From Chlorokybus atmophyticus (lineage: Eukaryota > Plantae > Mesostigma and Chlorokybus algae): a DNA stretch of 64,000 bases. Both the position numbers and the translations under genes were made by a program. Within the stretch, counting starts at the first letter, position 1, and the number at the start of each line of letters is the position of its first letter. The notes under the pieces were generated by a model that ran no database searches, was not told the DNA's origin, and saw only the letters and a list, made by a program, of their open reading frames with translations. The stretch spans positions 1,558,190-1,622,189 of the forward strand of contig RHPI01000810.1 in the NCBI GenBank assembly GCA_009103225.1, given 5' to 3'. Shown piece after piece: positions 52,690-64,000 of the stretch.

Positions 52690-53542
52690 TTAACGGTGAT
52701 GGTGTTCACAATCTACCACGGTGAGAGTGACCCGCACGGGCTTATCCCAACTGCTGTCATCCAGCAATAAATGATTGCCGCTACTGCCGCTATCTACACC
52801 ATCACCATTGCGGCTTTCTACAACTATCCCCTGAAGTGCTCTACCGTCACCAGCGCTTGCGTTGCTGTTAGTCATGCTGTTGGTCATGGCATCCCTTTTG
52901 CGCCAGATAACCCCCCTATCGTAGAGTATCTTCAGCAGCAGGAATGTTGCGTACGATGAGATCTCAAAGCAAGCTGCGCTCACGAGTGTTGCAATAAGTG
53001 GTGCTACATAAATGGACAGAGTGCAAGTATTACGCAACGCGCACAAGCCAACACATGCGCACTTAATGACGCTTGCACGTGCATATGCATATGCACGCGT
53101 GATGTGCGCCCTTGCGTGTAGCAGCACACACGTATGTGGGTGGCGCGTGCGCATATGCTCACATGTGCACACACTCACGCGCGCACACTCACGTATGCAC
53201 GAGCATACCTGGTCCGAAGACGGGCCACAGCTCAAACCAGAAGCTGTAAGCCAGGAAGGCCGTCAATCCGGTGATGAACAGCACCAGCCTTCGCGCATAC
53301 GGGACACAACACATGATGATGTCAGCCACACCACCACCACCACCACCACCACCACAACAACAACAACAACGACACCAACATTGTTACCATCCGTATGAGA
53401 TCTCGGTGATGTGTCGCAGCCAGACAACGCGCCAGAGCTGCGGCAGCAAGGCAATGGCAAACAGCACCCCGCCCGCGGTGCCCAGCGCGTTGAAGGCAGC
53501 GTCCGCAGCTGCCGAGTCGCTCCTTCCTTCACCCCCCGCCAT
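52690..53542 (-). CDS. Single PQ-loop (MtN3/SemiSWEET-like) membrane protein, 3 exons
   Basis: ALGTAGGVLFAIALLPQLWRV..EISYGW|LVLFITGLTAFLAYSFWFELWP|..FEISSYATFLLLKILYD. The start codon (53542) and the exon 3 acceptor are uncertain. Confidence 0.7.
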
Positions 53543-54225
53543 GCCACATGTGTGTGTATGTGCACGTGCGCGCGTGTGTATACTCACTCACTCACTCACT
53601 CACTCACTCATCCGTTCGGTCAATCAGTATCTGGAATGAATCACTGGCTCAGTCGCGCGCTACAGCACCTGCGGGTTAGCACACGGTCCAAGGAGGTGAG
53701 GGGATGCATGCAAGCGGCAAAAGGAAAGGGAAACAAGACGATGTTTCAGTCAGTGACATGCATGTATAAGTTGATGCTCAAGCATGCAGCAGAAAGTGCT
53801 ACAGATGACGCAGCTGCAGAGCATCGCTGTGCATGCGCGAGCCATACACACAACCATGCGTTGCTGGCGAGGCGCACGACGAAGACGAAGACGAAGACAA
53901 AAGTCTTGTTGAACATGACAGTGATTGGTTTATTGCTGTTTCTGTTGATGATCGTGTACTTGTTGGGATTGCTGTCGACAAGCAAGCGTACCTGCAGGCA
54001 TGCGGACGGAGAAGGAGAGGAGAGGAGAGGAGGCACGCCGCAAAGTCGGACGGGAAGACGTCAGGGCCAGGAGGAACCGTCTCGCAGGAGACGGTGCCAC
54101 GCCGCTTGAGTTACATACAACTGCGAGCACGTGGCATGATCACCGCCGCCACCTCAACGCCGCCGCCGCCGCTTTTGCTAACACTGCGTTTATAGTTATG
54201 CAGATTTCCAGCATTTGATGTGTTC

Positions 54226-54298
54226 GGGGGTGTAGCTCATATGGTAGAGCGCTCGCTTTGCATGCGAGAGGTACGGGGATCGATACCCCGCGTCTCCA
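54226..54298 (+). tRNA. trnA-UGC: tRNA-Ala (anticodon TGC)
   Basis: 73-nt cloverleaf: D arm GCTC/GAGC, anticodon stem CTCGC/GCGAG with loop TTTGCAT, T arm with GATCGATAC, G3:U70 pair, and a downstream TTTT terminator. Confidence 0.92.
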
Positions 54299-55332
54299 GC
54301 TTTTGCAAATGTCTTGACCTTTGGTTTATGACGACAGGGTAAAGTGCCCTGGATTGAGGCGTTTCCAGGATGTACTGTGTAGAATATATGCAATGGTGTG
54401 CATGTGACTCACCATTGCACGGCCTTGTCACATACGCAAGCACAAGCACAGTTCAACATGGCAGCAACTTGTTTTACCACCGAGCTGCCTATGCAATCTC
54501 AGCTATCTAGCTTCGCTATTGCCCTTGCCCCTTTAGTCAACATGCATGCGTCATTACCTGTACACAAGGCGTTTCACGTGTGTATATTATAACACCTCCG
54601 AGAACTCTCTCGCGGGCATGTAGATGCATTTCTTGTAGCCCTGCACACTGGCTATCAACTATTTGGATTATACTTACGACCAATTAATTATCGTGCGAGA
54701 CATGTTGCAATGGGGTGGTATCAGCTCACTCCCCTTCAAGTCGTCAACTCTACATCTGTTGAAGGCCACAAAACAAACTGTACCAAAATAATTGCACACA
54801 GAGAATGTAGCGAACAATGCACTTGAAGTTACCAAACAAGCATAAACTTACACGACATTTTGATGCAGCGAAGCTGCATAAATCAGTCACTTCAATGTAT
54901 ACAAAATTGGTGTATTTCCGTCACCCACTTCGCATATTGTGTAATTATAATGTGTTGCATCATTATCGTACTATCAACATACCTTTTACAACTCATGACA
55001 TTAACTAGTTGCGAACGCAATTCTTTCATATCATAGTGCCCCCAACGCGCAAGGAACATCACTACTCACATCAAGTGACTGGATGAATGGAGCACTCTTG
55101 GCAATTTCCATTCACCCTACCGACAATCATTTCAGACATCACGAGAGCCAAAATTGCTACTCACAAGGTGTGCGCAAACCTACGAAGAATGGTGTGATGA
55201 AAGTGGAGTCCAACATGTTGTGAAGACTCAACACACTATACAAGAGCAAAAGAGGATGACCGCACCCGCGCAAGCTTAGCAAATATCTTGTTGATTACTC
55301 AACGCAGCTCAGCCGTTCCTGTGCGCCCTGCA

Positions 55333-57347
55333 TTACTTGCCAGATTTTGCCCCCTTCAACCCTGTTGGCACACCCTCAACCTCCAGCGCACCCTGGAGAT
55401 AAGCCATCAGTTAGCATGCAGATTCAATGCTTATTGAAAACAAACAAGAGCAATTATATAAATAGAACAAGCAGAACAAGAGGCAGCTTACCAAATTTAG
55501 TAGCAGGCTGTCCGAGTTCAAGTACACGCGGTTCGTGGAAGTGGCAATAGTCTGCGCAATCTCGCGGGCAGCCTGCAGGTAACAAACATATGAGTGTCAA
55601 TGATGCTACATGCACAACCCTGCGTCATTGGTGACAATGCGAACCTCAATGCGCCGCAGCGTGATGAAAGCGGGGTTGTTCTTGATCGCCTCTCCAATGA
55701 GGAGCGCCGACGTGGCTTCTCCTGAAGCTCGGATCACAGCACTCTTCTTGTCTTGTTGTGCCTTCTCCACCTGTTGAAGACGAACACATGAGCCCACCAC
55801 ACATTTGCCAACTGCCAGTGCTCCAGGGACAGCGTCAAGAACCTCATGTGGCACACATACAAAAGCACTTACAATGTACTTAGCGCGCTCGGCTTCTTGT
55901 TGCGCCACCTGCTTGGCCTCCACAGCAGACGTGTACTCCGGACCGAATGTCAGCTGCAATAGTACAAACCACACGCGCGTCAAACGAGTTGTCATTGCAT
56001 GCTACACGGAAGCTTGTTTGCAGCCTTTTACGAGATGCGCACCTGTGTTATTGACACATCGTCCAGCACTATGTGGAAGCCAGCAGCTCTCTCCTGTGCA
56101 GACGCACGCAACCCTTGTTAGACACAGTACATATATGCCTGCATGAGAGTGCGTGTAAGCATCCACACCTAAGTGCATGTACATACATGAAAATCTGTGT
56201 ATGCACATACATGCACACACATGCACATACAGACAAAATGACAATTATAGAAGCATGCGCACACACACACATACTGCGACAAGCAATCGTATGTCTGTAA
56301 CTGCAAGCATGAACACTAACTTGCGCGTCTTACTCCTTGGGAGAACACACGCGTGCAGATGCATTCACATGCATATGTGTGCCACTGCCACTCAAAACCC
56401 AAAATCCGAATGTGACGCACACACACACCTGCAGTATGCGTCTTATGTCTCTGGACACGACTTCTCTCTGCGTGATGAGTTGCGACGCGTTGTACTGGGC
56501 CACGACGGACTTGAGCGTTTCCTGCACGATGGACGGCAGCACGCGCTGGGCCCAGTCCGTCCCGAGCGTGCGGTAGATCTCGGCGAGCTGGTTGGGGTCG
56601 GGACGGGTGAGCACACGCAAAGCGATCTTCACCATCTGCAAGTCCTTGCTGCCGGAAGTGGACTCGACCTGAGGGCAAAGAGAGTGGGGGTGGTTGGGTG
56701 GGGGTGGGTGCGTGTGCGTGTGCGTGTGTGCATGCGAGCACGTGAGCATGCAAGTGTGCATGTGGGTGGGTGGTGCGTGCCAGTGCACGCATGTGTGCGT
56801 GCCAAGGTGGATGCATGTCTGTCTCCACGTATGTGTGTATTATGTGAATCGACATTGAGTGTGTGATAAGTGCGAAAATCACAGCATGGAGACTGAAACT
56901 GAAACTGAGCTGCAGTGACAAAATGTGGTATGTGCAAAGTATCACATGCATGTCATGCAGCATGAAAAAGACAACCCCTGACAACCCCATGCATGCAGTC
57001 ACGCATACGCACTTGCACGCATTCAGGTCAAGCACACGCACAAATGCGCGCACACATACACACACGCACACACCCGTACACACGCGCACACGTACCTGGT
57101 TGGGGCGGGTGCGGACGTCATAGATGATGGGCCGTTCAAACCACGGGATCATCACATGGGTTCCTTCAGAATAGACCTTATCTTTGATTCCCACTATGCG
57201 GTTGAACACAATAGCTCTGTGTCCTCCCTCCACGTTGTACAGGCTGTTCGCTACCCCATACAAGCCCAGCCCACCCAGCACCGCCGCCCTGATAGCTGCC
57301 GCTCCCGGACCCCCCGTAGGTAGCTTCACGTTCCTAAGAGTGTTCAT
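55333..57347 (-). CDS. PHB2: Prohibitin, type II (PHB2-like), spliced
   Basis: [85 protein letters not shown] and [14 protein letters not shown]. Confidence 0.96.
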
Positions 57348-57458
57348 GGCTAACCTGTGGACAGTCTCTCAGCCACTCAAACAAGGCCAACCACACCGCC
57401 AACGACACCACCGCCGCCGCCGCCGCTTGCCAAAGAAAAAGCAAATTCAATGACAAGT

Positions 57459-57523
57459 AAACCCTAATTTTGCTAACTGAGCCGGTTCGGCAAGGCTTGT
57501 TTGTGGTAAATGGGCTAGCCAAT
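57459..57523. promoter_or_regulatory. Telo-box, site II and CCAAT in the PHB2/HMG divergent promoter
   Basis: AAACCCTAA at 57459-57467, TGGGCT at 57511-57516 and CCAAT at 57519-57523. Confidence 0.5.
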
Positions 57524-57628
57524 CCGGGTCGGTAGTTTCCCGCGCGAAAGGCGTTCAAAGCGTTTGTTTTAGTTGAGAATATTATTTGCGGCGGCAGCGG
57601 CGGCGGCGGTGTTGGTGTGGGCGGCGAG

Positions 57629-58325
57629 ATGGGTGTTGCTGTGGGCGGCGTGGTGGGTGTGAGGAAGGGTTCGGTGAAGAAGAGGGTGAAGAGGAGGACG
57701 GGCTTCGCTTGCTTCTGCGATGAGAGGCGAGAGGGCGTGAGAGCAGAGCTGGCCGCCGCTGGGGCAGAGGCGGCGGCGGCGGTAGATGACCAGGCGAAGG
57801 TGGAGGCTCCTGCCACCGCCGCCGCCGTCCGTGTGCCCATGTGTGACGTGCAGAGAGCGTTGGGCGTTCAGTGGAAGGCTTTGACAGAAGACCAGAAAAA
57901 GGCAGGCAATGGGATGGGAGTGGGTTGCTTACTACTGTTTGGTTGCGTGCATGTGGGTGTTTTGATGATGAAGATATCGTTGCAGGTGTATTTGGACAAA
58001 GCTAAAGCGGAGCAGCAGCAGTGTGCACTTCAAGAACAGGTGAGGATGATTTGCATAGTCATATGTTTGCAACCGTGTAGCCAGCCATTGCTTGCTTGCA
58101 TGTACACTGGCAAGCAGTGCTGCTGTTGATGTTGGTGGTGCATATACGTGTCTGCGCTGTACAAGCAATATGGATGCGTGCAAATGCGTACACTTTGCAT
58201 GCATAATCAGGAAGCTGCTGACGATGGTGCCGGAGATGATGATGTTGCTATGGAAGAGCCACCGTGCACATCGGGAGAGGCCGCGTTTCCAATCTCCAAA
58301 GTAAAGGTCAGCAGGAAGTGTCTCT

Positions 58326-58364
<39 letters not shown>

Positions 58365-59252
58365 GCACGCATGCACGCACGCACGAATTCCGCTTAGGCA
58401 TGGGCGCACACGTACGCAGTAATGCTTGAGTCGCAGTACATGCACACCTGTGCAATGGCTCATACACATATCAACATGCACACGCCGACACACGCGGCTC
58501 CTATGCAGCGCATGATGCAAGCAGACGAGGACCTGCGCCATGTGTCGAAAGAGTCCACATTTGTTGTCGCCAAAGCCACGGTGCGGATACCCTTACAACT
58601 GCTACTGTTGTGTTGTCTGTACGACATCACACAGATGTGTTGCTTATGTTGACATCGCAGGAGCTGTTTGTGGAGTTGCTTGCGCTGGCGGCGCAATCCG
58701 TAGCATCCACTAAGAAGCTCAAGCAGATACGGCACCAGCACTTGGGTCAGTTTGCGTGTCATGATAAAGCTGATTCGATGTCTATTACACCAGTGATGCG
58801 ATGTCAACATTACACATATACATGGACATGGACATGCGCACACACGCACTCACATTTATGCATGCAAAAAGTACGCGCGCGCAGACACACACACACCACC
58901 AAGAATGACATGACTACTTGTGCAGAGCAAGCAATGAAAGCGAGTGAGCGGTTGCACGAATTCGCAGGTCAGAGCTTCAGCAAGCAATGCACATCAGGCT
59001 TTCTCAACAACACCGAGAACAGACGATGATCTCTCAACAAACACACTATTACACGCATCCAACATCATGTTGTTCCTGTGTGCAGCTCCCGAGCACGCAG
59101 TATTTGACCGCAAGTCAGAGGAAGAGAACGCTGAGAGGTTGGCTGCTGAGGAAGCAAAAAGACACAAAGGCAAAGGCGTGGCAACGCCGAGTGATAATAG
59201 TAATCACAATAACAATAACAGGTCTATCAAGGACTTCTTCTTGGTTACGTGA
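57629..59252 (+). CDS. HMG-box + H2A-like histone-fold (NF-YC/DPB3/CHRAC-type) protein, spliced
   Basis: HMG box: RRTGFACFCDERR...VQRALGVQWKALTEDQKK|VYLDKA. Histone fold: FPISKVK|RMMQADEDLRHVSKESTFVVAKAT|ELFVELLA. C-terminus NRSIKDFFLVT. Confidence 0.8.
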
Positions 59253-59511
59253 CCTCTCGTTGCTATTGTTGTATATTCTAACACAACCACTATTGTACAG
59301 TACACCACAACGTCGCAAACACTAGTGTCGGTTTTGTATTCTTGTACCTTGTTTTGTTACTGTTACTGTTACTGGTTTAGTCTGCGGTGGTGGCAAGGCC
59401 GCGCGCAATAAATAAAGATATATGACACACATTGTGCCTTTTCTTTCCACCCGTGTACCTGTTCAAGAGCGTAGCGCAGTGTTTGGATATGTCGTTGGTT
59501 GTCCTCTGATG

Positions 59512-60694
59512 CTATTGAGGGGCTCCACTCTCGCCGGCACCTGGTTGCTCTTGTCCTTCACCGTCACCCGAGGAAGGCTGCAACTCCTCCAGCTGCATCC
59601 GTAGTGTTGTGTTTGTTGCTGTAAACGACAGTACCACTACCCCCACGTGGCTGTGTGATAGCCAACATGCATGCGTGCTTTGATGACGTTGGTGATAATC
59701 TCGCACACAATATGCATTTGCGCACATGAGAACACACCCCCAAGCACGCACACATTGGCGTACACTCATACTCACACGCACAGATATGCACATGCGCACA
59801 CACTTACACACATGCGCGCAAACAGGTACACACACCTTGGCTTTGAGTTGGTCGTGTGCGGCCTGCAGGTCCTCAAGCTTGCGGCACAGCTCGTCGCGCT
59901 CGGCCTTCAAAGCCTCAAAATCGGCCGGCGTCGGGGCTCCCAACGACGACTTTATAAAACTGTGTTGGTGTCGCACGCGTATGAATCGTCGTCCCACACG
60001 CAAGCAAGCATGCACGCACGCACGCACACCTACAATGGCAACACTTGGCACTCACTCTATGGCCACACCGGGCTTCTCCCGCTCTTCATACAGGGACACC
60101 AGCACTGTTGCGTGAATTAATCCAGATGAGTAACAAAGTGTGAGATTTGCGTGTGTACTCACGCTCATGCGCACGCGCGCGCACACACACACACACGCAC
60201 GCGCGCACGCACGCACGCTTACCTTTTGTGAGTGCGTCTATGGCTCCGCTTGCTTCCAGATACTGCCTGTACGCCTGCTTCTTGCTGTCCGCTAAAACAA
60301 CAGACTCAACAGCCGCCTGGACAAGTGCAGATATCGAATGAACAGCAGCACTCTGTGCACAAGATGCAAGGTAAATCAACGCACGTGCCAGTCAAAACCG
60401 CACTCGCCTTGTGTTTGTGTGCGCGCATGCCCGCGTGCGTGCGAGCGTGCGTGTTGGTGCGTAATGCCAAACGAGTCTATATATCTATCTATATAGATTT
60501 AAGTGTGATTTCGTGCGCGAGTGCAGGAATCTGAGCTTGATGTGCGTATGCTTGTGTCCAACTGATTGTGCTTCTCCGTGTGCGTCTGTATTGCACTGAG
60601 TCGTGTGCTTCAATGTTGAGTTGTGACTGCGTGAGTTAAGCACACATGAGAGTGTTGATGCTCAGGTCAATGACCAGCCCTGACTGTGTACCAT
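59512..60694 (-). CDS. MYCBP: c-Myc-binding protein (AMY-1) homolog, spliced
   Basis: M|AAVESVVLADSKKQAYRQYLEASGAIDALTK|VLVSLYEEREKPGVAIE|FIKSSLGAPTPADFEALKAE plus a coiled coil. Confidence 0.88.
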
Positions 60695-62128
60695 GCTTGC
60701 GAGAAGGCGGCGTCAATGCGCGAGCGCACGCCTCTCCCCCTCAGCAACGATGCCAACGCCGATGTCGCCGCCGTTGCCGCCAGTTAGGGTTTCGCCGCTT
60801 TGCTTGTGTGCTATTTCAGGGGCATAGCCCACGTGACTCGGTCGAGGTTCCATCCATGTCATGAACTACCGGTATTGCATGGTTTCTCTGTCGCAGTCAT
60901 AAGTACTACCGGTTTTGATTGTGCTTCAGTAATTCTTTGAGCATGCAAGATGACTTTAGTTAGATCCGTGCACTCCATTGATTAACTCCATTGAGGCGCA
61001 TTCGATTCAAATTAAAACGAGGTCTTAATTTAGCGGGATACTTGTGTGCACATTGTTGGGTTACTTAACATGCGTGTATACGTGATTTACAGCTAATAAA
61101 TTAGCAAATGATTGTTAGCAATTAGCGAATTGCACATTTCTCACGTATTGATATAAATCATTACATTATCGTATCATACAAATATTCATACTTGGATCAT
61201 CTCGTAATGGCTCTTACTTTGCCACAATGCGTATGATCACCTTATAAACGTTTTACTCTATAAAACAATCAAATGCATATAAGTGGCATGACCAGATGTG
61301 GCCAATCACGTTTGTAATGCATTGATTATACTGATCAAGTGACATGGCTGACACAACACGATGAGTAGTAATTTATTTGCTTTTATTAATCGGTATCGTC
61401 GAGATATGCTTCTGATGGCATGAGCATGGAGCAGGAAATGGAGCGATCCATTTCCTGCTCCATGCCCTTGGATAAGCGATCGATTGATGGCTTATCATTG
61501 TTAGCTCGAATGTTCAATTGAAGGCCCTGAAGGCTAGTAGAAACACTTGTGTATGTGCACTTCTTGTGATCTCATGTATGACATGCATGCTGGCATGTCA
61601 AACAAAGAGGTGGTTCTAGTAGTGGTAGTGAGGAATAGGCTAGCCCGGTGGTAAACTACTTGATGACAATGACAGCGTGCATGCTGCTGGCTGCTCACAC
61701 TGCTTGCATGCGCCTCGCACACCACATTGTATGTACTTCACGAGTTTTCACACATGGAGTATGGTACACCCACTTCCTCAATACTAGTCTACTGACATCC
61801 TTGTTGTTACAGCATACATGTTTTGCATATAACCAGTGTGCAACCTGCACTTATTCGCATGCAGTTCAATGACCTTGACACTCTAACCCACCATGAGCAA
61901 TGTGGGGATTACAGAAGAGTGCTGCAGCTCGACATGCACTGCACACCCACAACAATAGCATCCAGTATTCGCAATACCAACAGCTCATACGCTTCGCGAA
62001 CAAGCACAGGCCATAATCACAATGCAATACGACAGCTATTGAAGTACACGGTGACCCAATACTCAACTGGCAACATGTTGTTGAAGGCGACATGCGTACA
62101 AAAGTCACACAACACATGACGTCATGTG

Positions 62129-64000
62129 TCAACATTTGTCTGGCGCAGACTCCCCGGCAGTCTCTGCCTTCTGTGCATCAGGCTCATCGGTGTCCTGACC
62201 AGCAACGGCATCCGCCTCCAATGCACCCTCCAACATACCCTCGTGTGGCTGCTGTTGTGCATGTGCAGCCACACTCTCATCCCTTTGTGCATCAGCTTGC
62301 GGACTGGAAGGCAAGTGCTTTCCAGCAGCAGCAGTGGCATCAGCAGCAGTAGCAGCATCTTGCGCGGGACTTGTATCATCTGCAGGTGGAGACTTGTCCA
62401 CACCATTGGCTTTGCCATCTATGTGTGGGTCTCTGGCGGGTGACCGTGATGTGCCGCGAGCCAGGTCGGGTGACTTGCTGTCTGGTGCCGGTAATGGATT
62501 GTGCAGTGGTGATGGTGACTTGGACCTTGCGCGTGCGAGTGGGCTACGCGAGCGGTTGGAGTCCCTGGACTTGCTGCGCTTGCTGCGCTTGTGCCGCGAC
62601 TTGCGGTGCCGCTTGTGTCTGGACTTGCGGTCTATGCTGCGGCTTCTACTTCTACTGCGTGAGGGAGAACGGCTTCTACTGCTGCCACTCGCCGCTCGCT
62701 TCCTGTGCTTGCGCCTCCTCTTACGCTTTTCTTCATCGCTGCTCAGCAGGACAAACAGTGTCAACAAGTGCCGTAACAAAACATGCAACGTGCTGGAAAC
62801 ACGAAATGTTAACAGTAAAATTCAACAACACGCTGGCAGCAAACACACCCACGTGCACGCATGCACATACATGTGCACGCGCATTCACACATGATGTATG
62901 CTGGCGCAGTGTGCGAGAGGTACCTATCCTCAGGGGATCGCCTCCTCTCTGTTCTTTTCCGCTTGGCCTCCGGTGATGCCGAGTCTTTGCTGCGTTTACG
63001 TCGTCGCTCAGACGAAGGTGAGTCCCTGCGCGCATGACGCCCTCGCTTTTCTTCCGGTGGTGACAAGTCTTTGCTGCGTTTGAGTCGGCCATCGGGTGAA
63101 GGCGAATCCCTGCGCGCATGGCGGCCTCGACTACGCTCTCGGCTGCGGTCTCGCCGGTGCTTGTGCTTTGATGGCGATCGTGATGGTGATGGAGAGCGAC
63201 CCCGTTTTGATCGTGGCGGGGGGGAGACATCACGATGTTTATCAACAGACTTCTGCCGACTATCGGACCTGTACCGATCTTCACTCACGCGCTTACGGTC
63301 ATCTGCCCTAGCACTGGTTCTATGATCATCTATCCGTGGACGGTCATTCCGGCCGGGTGCGCGCTGGTGTCGATCCTGCTAAGGTGATATAACAGTTCCG
63401 TCACAACTGCAGTCAATGCATGCTGGCAATGATCAGTCAACCAGGTTTTTGCAACAATCAGTTGGAGGATGTCAATCCACCAGATACATGTATGTGTTGA
63501 TATGTACACGAATACATGCAGTACACGTAGACACGTACAAACATGCCTAGACCTACGTATAATGAACATACATGAAGATTTGATTCAGGCAACAACCTCA
63601 TGCAGACAAGCATGTCTGTTGGTGCCTTTGCATTTATGTTCCAGAAAACGTGTGACATGAGAGGCATGCTGAACTTCAACAGAAAGAAGACGTGATGGTG
63701 TTCCAGGCTGAAAGAAAAAGAGCCTTGAGTGACCACAGTTGGCAATGTGTAGTGTTCATGCAAAATGGAAGTCATCTTGGTCAGTGTTTGCTCCGGTCGA
63801 CAAAAGAGCTATCCAAACACGTGTTTAAGAATATCCGACTGGTGGTCTCATCAAGCACAAGCATGTATGATGGTAAATGGTTCATAAAGATGAGGAAGCG
63901 AAATGCGCGGGTGGGAGTGCGGACCTGTGCGTGAGCAGGCGGAGGTGGAGGCGGCGCAGGAGCGTTCGCAGCAGCTGCAATGCCGACGCCATGCTTCATC
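62129..64000 (-). CDS. 3' part of an RS/Lys-rich low-complexity protein (N-terminus outside the window)
   Basis: Spliced exons rich in RSRS/SPSP and HKR repeats, ending in an acidic Ala-rich tail with the stop at 62129. No family-defining domain lies in the window. Confidence 0.7.

Overview
Eukaryotic, intron-rich nuclear DNA from a green-plant-lineage alga. This is inferred from plastid-targeted TGD1, HCF101, APK and OTC genes, a CHR12/MINU-type Snf2, AAACCCTAA telo-boxes, and short introns full of CA/TG runs. The window has two compartments. Bases 1-17.2 kb are a cluster of decayed, nested mobile elements: the 3' end of a Ty1/copia element, a Ty3/gypsy element whose integrase ends in a PHD finger, an XPG/FEN1 + Cys8 (AcademX-like) transposase remnant, and an RLE-type non-LTR fragment. 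Bases 18-64 kb are gene-dense, with 13 spliced protein genes (several head-to-head) and one tRNA-Ala. The most striking object is at 11.2-14.0 kb, immediately downstream of the Academ-like gene. It is a spliced pseudogene fusing a Tudor domain (plus PHD-like remnants) to a short bacterial/phage-type C5-cytosine methyltransferase, bracketed by a perfect 252-bp inverted repeat. Two host genes have unusual architectures: SEC16 C-terminal motifs joined to a p115/GC6-like tail, and an HMG box joined to a histone fold and a PIP-like motif. All family calls come from motif recognition by eye; no database searches were run.
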